Assembly (NCBI GenBank): GCA_003693705.1
Contig: RBZT01000656.1
Coordinates: forward strand, 65,902-129,901
Reading direction: 5' to 3'
Length of the DNA: 64,000 nucleotides
From: Polymyxa betae A26-41
Taxonomy: Eukaryota; Protista; Endomyxa: Phytomyxea
Shown here one piece after another: positions 50,709 through 61,947 of this stretch (positions are counted from its first letter, which is position 1; the number at the start of each line of letters is the position of its first letter). Made by a program: the position numbers and the translations under genes. The notes beneath the pieces were generated by a model, which did not search any database, was not told the origin of the DNA, and saw only the letters and a program-made list of their open reading frames with translations.

Positions 50709-52557
50709 TTAAAGCAATAGACGGAATGGATCCTCGCAATATCGCTTGAAGGCCTGCAGCCATTGAGCGCCCACCGCCCCATCGATGATTCGATGATCGC
50801 AGGACAACGTCGCCTGCAGCACCATCGCTTGTTTCCAGCTGGCGTCGGTTCCTGCGACGATCGTGGCCTCAACATGACCCAATGCTAGAATGGCGGCCTG
50901 GCTTGGGACAATGATAGCTGAGACCTGGCTAACGCCGGGCTCCTGCATGTTCGAGATCGTGAACGTCGCCTCGGATACGGGACCTTCATTCGACCTCGAG
51001 GCGGCGATCTCACGAAGGCCTTTCTGATCGGCATCTTGGACGACATACGTGAGAAGGCGACCGTCGTCGTTGGCCGCTTGAACGCCGATATCGACGTACT
51101 GGAACTGGCGAATCGAGTCGCCATTCCATCGGCTGTTCACGATCGGGATATCTTTCATGGCAGCCGCCGACGCCTTCACGATGAAATCGCGCAGCGAGAT
51201 CGGGCTGTCTTTAGATTGCGACGCGACGAGCTTCAGGATGGCGTCGGCGTTGATTTTTGTGGTTAAGTAGTAATGAGGGATCGTCTGCTTCGATACAGCG
51301 GCGGCTTCCGCATCGAGATTTCCAACAGTAGCTGCAGCGACGCCTCCCGATTCCAGAAACGCCTCGACGTCACGAGCAACGATTCGATTGTTTTGTCCTG
51401 TTGGCGTTATCTGCTTGATATCAAGGTTGTTCTCGGCAGCGATCTTCCTCGCATATGGGCTGGCGAACACTCTTCCACCTTGGGGTGCTGAAGGCGACGG
51501 CTTCGATGGCCGAGCTCTTGAAGGTTGTTTTGGCGGCGCGGACGGCGTGCTCGGCGCTGTTGATGGTTTCGCTGGGGCGGTCGTCTTGGCGGCAGCTGGC
51601 TCCGAAGCGGGAATGAAATCATGGAAGGCTTCGATGGCGCTCTCAGCATCCACGAGAACGGCGATCGGTTGGCCGACTTCAATATCGGGTTGGTTGGCGT
51701 CGATGAGGATTTTAGCGATGAATCCGTCCTCAAGCGATTCTGTTACAGACCTCAGCAAAACGCATCTCGAATCAACACGAATAAAAATACCGAAATCGAC
51801 GGTGGCTTTGTCGGTCTCAACTTGAGCGATCACATCACCAACCTTGACAGCATCTCCTTTCTTCTTCAGCCATTTGGCGATTTGCCCTTTCGTCATTGTC
51901 GGACTCAACGCCGGCATCGTTAACACCTGATGCGGTGGAAACGACTCGGTCGACTTCGTCGACTGATCGGCAACGGTCGTGTCGGCGTCTTTCGCCTCAC
52001 CGCCGATATCGCTAACCGAGAAGCTCGCGAATTTCGACACATCGGATTCGTCTTCGACCATGATGCCAAGAACCTGAAACTTGATGAGAAAATGAGCTTC
52101 AAAATCAGGCCGAAATCGATCACATTGCCAACGTTAATATCAGTTGTGCCCTGCTCAACGAATTGTTTCGCGAGATAACCCTCCTCTTGAGCCTCTATAG
52201 AAATGCTCAGAACAGGGCTGTCTCAGGCGATGTTGTAAATTTACCGAAATCGACGGTGGCTTTATCTGTCTCGATCTCAGCGATCCTATTCACAGGTGTG
52301 AGCTAATCGCCATCATATCACCTGTTAGATACCAACTTGTCACCGGGACTGATTTTATCGCCAATCTTCTTGCTCCAGGACGCCAGTCCTCCCTTTGTCA
52401 TGGTCGGGCTCAGCGCAGGCATCCGAATCTCCAGGTATTCAGGCCCTATATAAACGTCATCATCCGCAAAACCACCGGATTGACCAGGCAGAGTACATTG
52501 GCTGGCGAATCGGAGCCCGAATCTCACGAATCGGAGCGGTGTCATGCAACGATACAT
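50709..52557 (-). CDS. DLAT: Pyruvate dehydrogenase E2 (dihydrolipoamide acetyltransferase)-like protein with two lipoyl domains
   Basis: Two MPALSPTM...ETDKATVD lipoyl domains, E3-binding ASPYARKIA, SKQTIPHYYL, TFTISN, LSCDHRIIDGA; presequence-like N-terminus. Confidence 0.9.
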
Positions 52558-53049
52558 GATCGATGAGCGTCCTGATAAGAGAATCATCTATCGACTTTGA
52601 ATTATCTGACGATGAGAAGTCGCGGACTACCGCGTCTCTATCAACATAACGAGGTTTTTACAGGACCATTAATGCAGGCTCTGTGTCATTTTGGATTTTA
52701 GACCAGACTGACTAGGTGTTGGGATAGATCAAATGGCAACGGCATTGTAGGATGGGACGTTCAAACGTTTCAAAGGTCTCCTAAAAATCGCAATTTCGTT
52801 CGCCGGTTTTGATCTTTGGATCCCAAGATCGAATTGTAAGATGGATTTATCGCCAGTTTAGATAAAAAGTATTTTAGGAGTACATAAAATCATTCCCGTT
52901 ATGAACAGCCTCTGCAGCGTTTCTACTGATTTATACAGTGAGCAGAGAAAGAACAAAAATGCGTCACTGCGCACTAAAAAACAATTGCGCGGCGACCTGA
53001 TTTTTTGCTGCGGTTTCTGTCAAATCTTGTCTGGGCTAAATTTGGAGCC

Positions 53050-53918
53050 ATGTTGTACATTATCGGTCTGGGCCTAGCAGATGAACGTGATATCACAGTG
53101 AAAGGACTAGATGCGGTCAGAAGCTGCTCACGAATCTATCTCGAGGCATACACGTCGATTCTTGGAGTCGATAAGACCAAGCTTGAGCAGTTCTACAACG
53201 TGCCCGAGGTAATCGTTGCTGATCGCGAGATGGTCGAATCCAACTCCGATATCATTCTGGATAACGCCGATCAAGAAAACGTGGCATTCTTGGTCGTTGG
53301 CGACCCGTTCGCGTACTTTATTGCTTTCCGCCTCTTGCTTCTAGTTAACAATAGTGCAGGGCTACGACGCATACCGACTTGCTGCTTAGAGCTGCCAAAG
53401 AGAAGAGAATTAAAGTCCAAACGATCCATAACGCATCGGTTATGAATGCGATAGGTGCTTGTGGACTTCAGCTCTATCAGTTCGGACAGACGGTCTCGAT
53501 TCCATTCTTCACCAAGACCTGGCGCCCAGATTCGTTCTATTCGAAGATCAAAGTCAATGCTGACGCCGGCTTCCATACACTCTGTCTGTTAGATATCAAA
53601 GTCAAAGAGCAGAGTGAAGAGAACCTGCTTCGTGGCCGTCTGGTCTACGAGCCGCCGCGATTCATGACCGTTAACCAGGCGTTAGAGCAGCTGTTGGAGG
53701 TCGAAGCGAAATACCAGCAGGGCGTCTGTACGGAATCGACGCGAGCGATCGGCGTCGCCCGTCTTGGCGCCGACGATCAGGTCATGATATACGGGACCGT
53801 CGGCGAGCTGTTACGCTGCGACTTTGGCAAGCCGCTTCATTGTCTGGTGATCATTGGGCAAACGCACGTAATCGAGGACGAATTCTTAGAAAGCATTCGT
53901 GTCAATACAGCTAAATGA
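53050..53918 (+). CDS. DPH5: Diphthine methyl ester synthase
   Basis: [62 protein letters not shown]. Confidence 0.97.
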
Positions 53919-54040
53919 AATCAAATCGAGAAAAAAACAGAAAGTTTTCTTGACACACGGAGTTATTTTGGTGTTACTGTATCGAGTTATCCCTTTTTAT
54001 TATCATTTGAGCCATTTCGGGTTCGTGATCATCGGTTGTC

Positions 54041-54459
54041 ATGTCGACGTCCTTTATTGGACGGGTGTTCAGCACTAAAATGAAGAAGACCATCATGGTG
54101 CTGGTCAACAGATATACGGTGCACCCATTGTTCAAGAAGCGGGTGCGGTCGACGAAAAAGTTCATGACGCATGATCCAGGTTGGGACAACGCTGCTCGCT
54201 GATAGATCGTCGAGTTTAATTTTTTATTTTAGAAGGACAGGCAGCCGTCGGCGATATGGTTCTGATCAAGTCTTGCCGCCCATACAGCAAACGGAAAACC
54301 TTTGAGCTGAAAGAGATCTTGAAGCGATCGCCCGAGTTCCTCTACCAGGAAGAGCTGCGGAAAGCGTCGCTCGCTGCAAGCGCTTCACAGACGATTACGA
54401 ATGGCGACGCCGCCGCAGAGAGAGCACAGCCAATAGATGCTAAAGATCTGTCCGCCTGA
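54041..54459 (+). CDS. MRPS17: Mitochondrial ribosomal protein uS17m
   Basis: GRVFSTKMKKTIMVLV...HPLFKKRVRSTKKFMTHDP|...VGDMVLIKSCRPYSKRKTF; one intron. Confidence 0.9.
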
Positions 54460-54498
54460 TAAAATTGTATAGCTTGGGTCTTCCCATATAGAAAATCT

Positions 54499-55599
54499 TC
54501 ATAGACCAGCCATTGCTACAATTAGATCAGCGATCTTTGCATACGTGTCTGCTCCGATCATCTTCAACTGTTCAGTAAGCGATCCTGATCTGAACAACTG
54601 ATAGATTAGAAGCAGATTGTTTCCGGTTCTGTTTCTGTAGAGGGCGTGATGAAGCATGGCGAAGTGTTCAGCGTCTTGTTCAGCCCATTCATCCAATTGG
54701 AGCTCTTGCAACGTTCGGTTCGCCTTCAACATGTGCTCGAGATATTCCAATAATGTTGTCGGGTGAGGATTCTGCCTCAGATCGACAGCACGAAGTATTC
54801 TATTGTCGGCCAGCGCTTCAATGAAACCAGCAACATCGTCGGCGCTCTCTGCGCAGGAGAATAGATCGAGCTGTTCCAATGATGATTGAAGTCGGATAGC
54901 ATTGGCGAAGGCATTCATGCCTGCCGATCCTATCGGATTCGACCCGAGACTCAATCTAACCACAGACGAGGTCGACGAGCACGAACGAGCTAAAGCGATC
55001 GCTCCCCGAGCTTTGACGTTGTTGTCAGAAAGGTCCAAGGCCGATATGGTGAAGTTCAATTCCAGCGCCGATGCTAATGCTGCGACACCATTATCAGCTA
55101 TGTGATTGCTAGATAGGTCGAGCTCTATCAATGTCTCATTATGTCTTAGTGCTAAAGCCAATATACAGCAGTCAGCATCGGTCACATTACAAGAGCGTAG
55201 ACGAAGTTTGCATAGCGTCCCGTGTGTTCGTATTGTACCAGCTAAAGCTTCAACGAGACGCCCTGACGCTGGATTCCCGGATAGGTCCAAGTATCTCAGG
55301 GTGGATGATTGTCGAAGGCCATTGGCGATCGCTTCCAGTCCATCCGATGTGAATCGGTTGTAGCCGATTTCCAGGTGCGTCAGCGAGGCGTTCTTGCGAA
55401 GGCAACGTACGAGATCGTTGCAGACCACATCGGTGAGACGGTTATGGTTCAGATTCAGTGTCTGAACGCGAGTATTGGTGCAAAGAGCTCGGGCCAAGGT
55501 GATGATCTGGCGGTCGCCCAGTAGCTGCTTGCTAAGGTCGACGTTCAATGTCGTATCGAGCTTCGGCAAAACTTCATCGATCGAGCGAATCACGATCAT
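54499..55599 (-). CDS. Ribonuclease-inhibitor-like LRR protein
   Basis: Consecutive approx. 28-aa LxxLxLxxNxI...GxxALAxAL repeats; intronless. Confidence 0.88.
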   Translation of the reverse strand: MIVIRSIDEVLPKLDTTLNVDLSKQLLGDRQIITLARALCTNTRVQTLNLNHNRLTDVVCNDLVRCLRKNASLTHLEIGYNRFTSDGLEAIANGLRQSSTLRYLDLSGNPASGRLVEALAGTIRTHGTLCKLRLRSCNVTDADCCILALALRHNETLIELDLSSNHIADNGVAALASALELNFTISALDLSDNNVKARGAIALARSCSSTSSVVRLSLGSNPIGSAGMNAFANAIRLQSSLEQLDLFSCAESADDVAGFIEALADNRILRAVDLRQNPHPTTLLEYLEHMLKANRTLQELQLDEWAEQDAEHFAMLHHALYRNRTGNNLLLIYQLFRSGSLTEQLKMIGADTYAKIADLIVAMAGL

Positions 55600-55797
55600 G
55601 ACATCTGCAAAGACGACGAGCTGCCAAGCAGCCTGCCGACAATCTGAGATTTTTCTACAGCAAGATATTAGCAAGCGTATTTGGGGTAAATTAAATAAAT
55701 TTTATCCAACCGATGAGTCAACACTTAACCTGCACAAAATGACGTCATTCTAACAACAGTTCGAACAACTACAAACATATTTAACAGATCTAAATCC

Positions 55798-56547
55798 ATG
55801 CAGGTCCACGCTCTAATTATTATACCCATTCTGGTATCAGCATTGGCATTTGCAAATCAATGCCGACTTCGTCCATTCCATCTTCAAGATCAGATCTATG
55901 GCTCCTGCCCCGATTTCGCCGGTTTGTCGCCCAAGAACGAATCCAACTATGCGATCGCTGCTGGTCCCTTCCCATGTGGCTCGTGTGTTCGAGTCTCATA
56001 TCAGACTCGCCAGCTCTATCTGATCGTTGTCGATTCGACATCATCACCCGGGCTGGACCTCCATCTCGACCCGATGGTGAAGCTGTCTCGCTCTGCAGAT
56101 CCTTCTATGCTGATTCAAGGCCTGATTGGCTGCCAAGCAGATGTCGTACCTTTGGAAATGTGCAATCCGGACACCGGACGTACCCAAGGTGGCGATATCG
56201 CTGGGCAGACAGCAATTGGAGGTCAGCGACAAATACCACAGCAGCCTTGGATGAATCCAGGGCCCGGGCTTGGACAGATCAATGCCCAGAACGCATTCAA
56301 AGCGCAGCAGCAATTCCAGCCAAATAGCCAATTCGGAGTGGGTGGCGGCTGGCAGCAGCAGCAACAGCAGCAGGCGAAGCCAGTACAGCAGCAGCAGCAG
56401 GCGAGCCCAATGCAACAGATGCAGCAACAGCCGTCATGGCAGTTTCCAAATGGTCAAGACAGTCAGCAGATGAACAGGATGCAGCAGATGCCTCCCAATG
56501 CTCCAATGTTCCTGCGGCGAAAGACTCAGATTCGGGTCTATGACTAA
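55798..56547 (+). CDS. Secreted DPBB (RlpA/expansin-like) protein with Gln-rich tail
   Basis: Signal peptide MQVHALIIIPILVSALAFA; YGSC...YAIAA...CGSCVRV...IVVD...GLDL; C-terminal poly-Q low-complexity region. Confidence 0.72.
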   Translation: MQVHALIIIPILVSALAFANQCRLRPFHLQDQIYGSCPDFAGLSPKNESNYAIAAGPFPCGSCVRVSYQTRQLYLIVVDSTSSPGLDLHLDPMVKLSRSADPSMLIQGLIGCQADVVPLEMCNPDTGRTQGGDIAGQTAIGGQRQIPQQPWMNPGPGLGQINAQNAFKAQQQFQPNSQFGVGGGWQQQQQQQAKPVQQQQQASPMQQMQQQPSWQFPNGQDSQQMNRMQQMPPNAPMFLRRKTQIRVYD

Positions 56548-57298
56548 AGACCTTCGTTATGATATATTCTATAGTGCGAATTCATACTGATTACTGATTA
56601 ATATTGACACAATTTCTTAGCGCTTCTATAGATTTAACACTTCTGCCAGCATTTCTACTTTATTTGCCGTTTGATACAGTAGAACAGATCCTCGACCGTG
56701 AATGAAAGAAAATTCAGCCTTGAAACAGAATCCTTGAAATGTAATCGACTTAAAGCGGCTGCAGAGGGGCTCTAAAAGCAGCAGAGTGAATGCTAGGTGC
56801 AGCCAATGGAAAGGCAACAAATTTTGACTCCAAAACGGCTGCGTTAAGTTTGATCATTCTTAAACAGCGCTTTACTATCCGTGATCGGGATCCTCAATGG
56901 TTTATGGAACACATTATCCGCTTTTGCACTCCAAAGCAGTAAAGCAGAACACAGATGTTTCTTTGAGATGAGCAACAGCTTGCGGACCCGTGCATGACCG
57001 CATTAAACTGGCGCTGCACTAAAATGTGAACGCCGCGGCTACGCTCTACACGAGTTATCTGTTACTGACGGAGTTTTTGGCGACTGCGGTCCCCGAAACA
57101 GAGCCCCGAAATGCGTCGGCGCTGGTACCCGAGATTCCAACAGAGTCGAAATCGGCCAACTGCATGTAAAATATTCGTGGATGCCAATGACCGATATGGA
57201 GCGTTGCTTTCCTGCCATAAGTGACAATATTTCAGTCTGCTGTTAGACGTCGGGTACTTTATGCGTAGTCTGATTTCTTGGTCCCCGAAACGCCCACC

Positions 57299-58337
57299 AT
57301 GAGGGCGACGCAACAGCACCTTAACTGCAGTACAGCACCGCTAAATAATTATGTTGTTGTTGGACCAGCGCCCATCGATTATAGGCCGCCATATCCTCAA
57401 CGACCTCTGATCAGACCACCACCTGGGCTCCCTGCTCCAATCCATGCCCCTTTAAACGTCTTGACAACCGGCTGGGCAATGCCCATGGGCTACTATCAAA
57501 ATCACCGGCAGGCTTCCATCCCACGATCAACAGCACATAAGGCGCCGTGCAAAGCCAAGCCGTATACGGATTGTTTAGACAGTTTCGAAGCGATCTTGTT
57601 GCAGCGCGAACGTGACTACGTCGTTTACAACCCGAATGCAAAGTTCATCGAGTTTCGGATCGTGCTGATTCAGTGGATGCTGAACATCTACGAAGAGTAT
57701 GAGATGCACACGAAAACGATAGCGATTGCCTGCAACTTGCTTGACCGAGTATTATCAGCAGAGGACGCGCCCATGAATGAATGTCAGCTGGTGGCGCTGT
57801 GCTGTATAATGATAGCAGGTCAGATTAGATAGGCTCATGCCTGGATACTATCCCGCTTATATTTTCATAACAGCCAAGCTCGAGGAGACCATCGATCAAA
57901 CTCCGTTATTCGAGGAGCTACTGCAATACACGACCGGCGGGTATTCCAAACAAGATGCCATTAAGATGGAACAGAGCATCTTGGGCTCTCTCCGTTGGAA
58001 TCTGAATGCAGTCACTCCTATTGACTTCATTGATATCCATATGGAGAGGGTCAGAGCTGACGAACATGTGCAATACATCCCTGAAGATCTTCAGCAACTA
58101 CACCGGGTCATAAAGATTCGTCAGCAGCAATTGCTCGAGCTAGTGCTGAACGATTACGCCTTCAATCAATGGCGTCCTTCAGTGATTGGCGCCTGCATAT
58201 TCGCAGCGAGCAGGATTATTATTGATCTAGTTCCTAGATGGCCTTCCTTCAACTCTCCATGTGACGATATCAGCGATCTCGCTAGATGCATTCAATATCT
58301 AATCACCAAGTTCGAACATGCGTATTGTAGCATGTGA
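57299..58337 (+). CDS. Cyclin
   Basis: RIVLIQWM...AIACNLLDRVLS...QLVALCCIMIA|AKLEE...MEQSILGSLRWNLNAVTPIDF cyclin box; WRPSVIG. Confidence 0.92.
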
Positions 58338-58448
58338 TCGCTGTATCATTTACTGTTCTAACCTTATTTATTTGTCCACCTACTTCAGGAAATGATATAC
58401 GAGCAAAACCGAAATTTGTGTGTGTGTTTGTTGATAGCTAGCGCAGGC

Positions 58449-59969
58449 TCAGATGTTGGAATCTGGTGCAATGAATGGACGTATCTGCCTGATAGATGTC
58501 ACCAGCCTCTGATATTCGGAATGATGGTTGGCGCTAAGGGCATCAGGGACTTCAGCCCAAACCACCATTAAACTATCGACAATGCTTTCAACCATAGTCA
58601 CAGCCAAGAACATCATCGCGAATCCGATAGAATACGAAAGAGTTACAACCATCGCAATATACGAGTGCCCTCCGATTAAGAAGTAGAAAATGCTTCCGAT
58701 AACAACCCTAGTCGCATATCAGTGAGACCACGTGCGTCATTATGGACGAGCGCGCTCTTACCCAAAAAGGCCACCGATCGAGGCTGAGGCCCAAACCACG
58801 ACATAGGTGAAGTTGTAGTTGACAAATACATCAACGGCACGAGTTCGAAGCAGTGTGCTAGTTTTTTCTACAGCAGAGCAGAAATCGACGCCCTGTTAGG
58901 ATTCATTGATCCAATTTGATAAAGGCCGATAACGTACCCAAACTGCAACGTAGCTGAAAGCGAATCTTGTGACGAAATTCGATGAGTATTCCAGAATTCC
59001 AAAAATGCACGCTGCCAAGCAAGACCCTGGAGCGCCAGTTTGCACAGATCCTTGAGCCAGTATCCGCAATGTCTGCGCTATGGCAATCGCCAATGAACCG
59101 AAACAGATAGACCCGAAGCGGGTTTTGAAGATTTGAGCCGCATCAGCGGATAATTCGAAACTGGATTGTGGCGTGAAATACCACGAGGAGAGGACACTTC
59201 CGCTCATAACATAGATGACACTGATGGTGACGTTCGCTGCCCAGATTTGATTGATAAACATCAGAAGGATAAACACTAGTGAACTGGAGCTGCTAATTGC
59301 AACCAGCCAGATAACACTATACAGGATCAATGCGGACTGAGCGATAAACACTGTTCGTATTAAGAGATTCGATCGTTGGCAGCCGAATGAAATTTCCAGC
59401 AAAACGGAAGTGAAATCTAATCCTATTGAAAAATCTCAATCAATGAAAACATGATCTTCAGGATCAGACATACTGTGTCGCATAGACAGATACAAAGCGC
59501 CAGCCGCAGTGCAACAAAACACTGCAATAATAGCAGAGTACCATATGCCATGAGCTGACGAGATAAGCCCAATGCCACTCCATAGTAAGATGTTGACAGC
59601 GGTAGAGAATCCGATTATGTTGGGCGAGAATTGCGGTCGCGACATCATCGCGATCCATACGAACCCGAAGAGTGCAGAAGCATATGCACACAATACCAAA
59701 GCAACGACGGCGCTGAAAGGAACATCGCAGATATTCAAGATCTGATTGCGATGGCAGACTGAACCTCCAAACAGATTGATGATGGCTGCTAGACACACAA
59801 CAGCAACGCTGGCAGCGAAAATTACAGTCCAGATGACACCATGGACTTTGAACTGGCTGCTATCAGGCGGACCCAAACGATTCGCTTCGTCAGCTTGCGG
59901 CGGGCTAGAACTTGGCGCTGGCTCGGGCCCGCGATCACTTTGAGCCAGAAGGCTCTCGGTGTCGGCCAT
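58449..59969 (-). CDS. Choline transporter-like (CTL/PNS1, SLC44) protein, divergent copy
   Basis: FGSICFGSL, FAFSYVAVWG, WAEVPDAL...H; multi-TM; three introns. Confidence 0.85.
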
Positions 59970-60501
59970 GTCTCAATTCGTACGAATGATCAAGCGCAAA
60001 GGAAACGAAAAGGTCTAACAGGATTACTGTAAGGGTGCGCAGCCCGACTTATTACGATTATGATCTTTGACTTAGTACCATAGAGCTCCTGGAGCATAGC
60101 TAAAAAGGCATTCCCATAGGTAGCGTTTCTCTGCTTGGAATCAACGCAAGGGAGAACCTTAAACAGTTGGAGTTACTCAGACCGAATGCATATTACCCGG
60201 TGCACTGCAATATCCTCTCTGCGAGTGCCCCTTTGCGAGTGCCCATTGGACCTGTGATATAGAACCGATGAAGAATGCTATCGTGTTTCTAGACTGGCGA
60301 CAGAATAATTGCAAATGCTCACAAGCTCTTTCTCATGCTAAGTTTCGTGGCCAGGGATACAAAGCTGCGTTCCAAGTTCTGATCCAATAAGCAACGCTGA
60401 ATGTTTGTAAGTGATGCTAAAACGTAACCCCAACAAGTTAAGGCCTTGAGGAAAACAAATCTGATCGTTGAAATCAAACTACGCTTGTATTAGACATGTA
60501 A

Positions 60502-61947
60502 CTAGATTGGACCTTGAAGGTTAGGGTACATCTTGCGAACTGCAGCAACCAATTTCTGGTGCAGTTCTGGGTGATTTGTGGCCAGAGGAGCCGAATCCTC
60601 AGCCCACAATACGAAGAACGTAACGACACAGGCATCGAGGACAGACATGGCGATACCAGTGAAGAACGCACCCAAGAAGAAGCCTAATATCGCAGCGGCG
60701 GCGACGGCGCCACCGTCATTAACAATCGCCCAGCTGAAGAGAGCTCCAATCACAGCGCCAACAATAGCGCCGATAAAAGCTGATAAGGCGAACGCCAGAT
60801 TAGATAAATCGTCGTTGACAATGACATCGAAACCGCGGTTTTTGAATAATCCCCAGGTGTTTTTGGCTGCAGTGCAAAAATCTTGCCCCTACAAGAAGAT
60901 TAATGATGGAAATCACCATTGCAAAGAACATCACGAACCCAAATGGCGACATACGCATACGCGTACTTCGAGATGAATTCCGCAATCGCCTGAATAATGC
61001 CGAGAATGCAATCGACAATGCAAACCAGGAACGCGTTTCGGTTGTCTTGGCTAGCTGACCTTGCTATAGCTCGAAGGGCTTCAATGACAGAGACAATGAA
61101 AGACCCCAGACAGATGGATCCAAAACTGGTCGTGCAGGCACGCTTGAAGGACGAACTGACAACGTTTTCTGTTTGGCTTCGGTAGAACCAGGTCGCAGCA
61201 ATACCTCCAACACTGACTTGAACAACGTTCATAAGGACGTTAACAGTCCAGTACAAACTAAGAATCAACAGGAACGCAACGAAGCTGTTCTGTTCCTTTC
61301 CGGAAGGGAATGATCCCAGAATGGCAATTATCCAAAGAACACACCACGCCAAAGACACGAATTGCATAGTGATCGCAATATAGAGAGTCGATTGAAACTC
61401 TCGAGTACATTTAGCGGCCATTTCTAGCATCACCGCCGTAAAGGGGATTCCTACAAATCATGAGCTATAATAATAAATCAAGCATATCGAAACACTTACG
61501 GTGGCGAACGAAGTAATACCAGGCGACGGTAATTGCACATAAAACTAGAGCGATAATACCAACTACAAGTTGCCCAGTGGCAAACGCAGCAATCACACCA
61601 AAAATCGTAAATCCAACATTTACAAAGATCGCGGTCTTGATGATGTTAGAGGCAACTGAAGGCCTGCACAGATAGCGGATCCAGAGATTGCTGAAGACAA
61701 TGCTGCCAACAAACGAAACAACCAACGCAGCAATTATGCCTTTCGATTTGTCGTTAGATGAAGTTTGAGACCCGGAACCAAATTCGATGTTCTTGTAGTT
61801 AAGTCCAGCGCCAACAATGACCAGAACAACATTGGCAAGAAATATTCCCGCCCATACGACGTCTCGGTAGCCACCTTGAGGTGCATCGGGTTGGGAAGCA
61901 GCAGCTACCCCGGACCCATTCGGTTTAGGCTGGTTCGAGTACTGCAT
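60502..61947 (-). CDS. Choline transporter-like (CTL/PNS1, SLC44) protein
   Basis: YRDVVWAGIF, RIPF, SFKRACTTSFGSICLGS, KYAYAYVAIWG, WAEDSAPL...HP; two introns. Confidence 0.92.

Noticed and set aside
49380-52123. Several + strand and alternative-frame ORFs over gelsolin and DLAT
   Set aside because: Antisense or shifted shadows of well-supported genes.
60221-60245. Direct repeat tgcgagtgccc x2 upstream of the CTL copy
   Set aside because: Only two short copies; could be chance or slippage.
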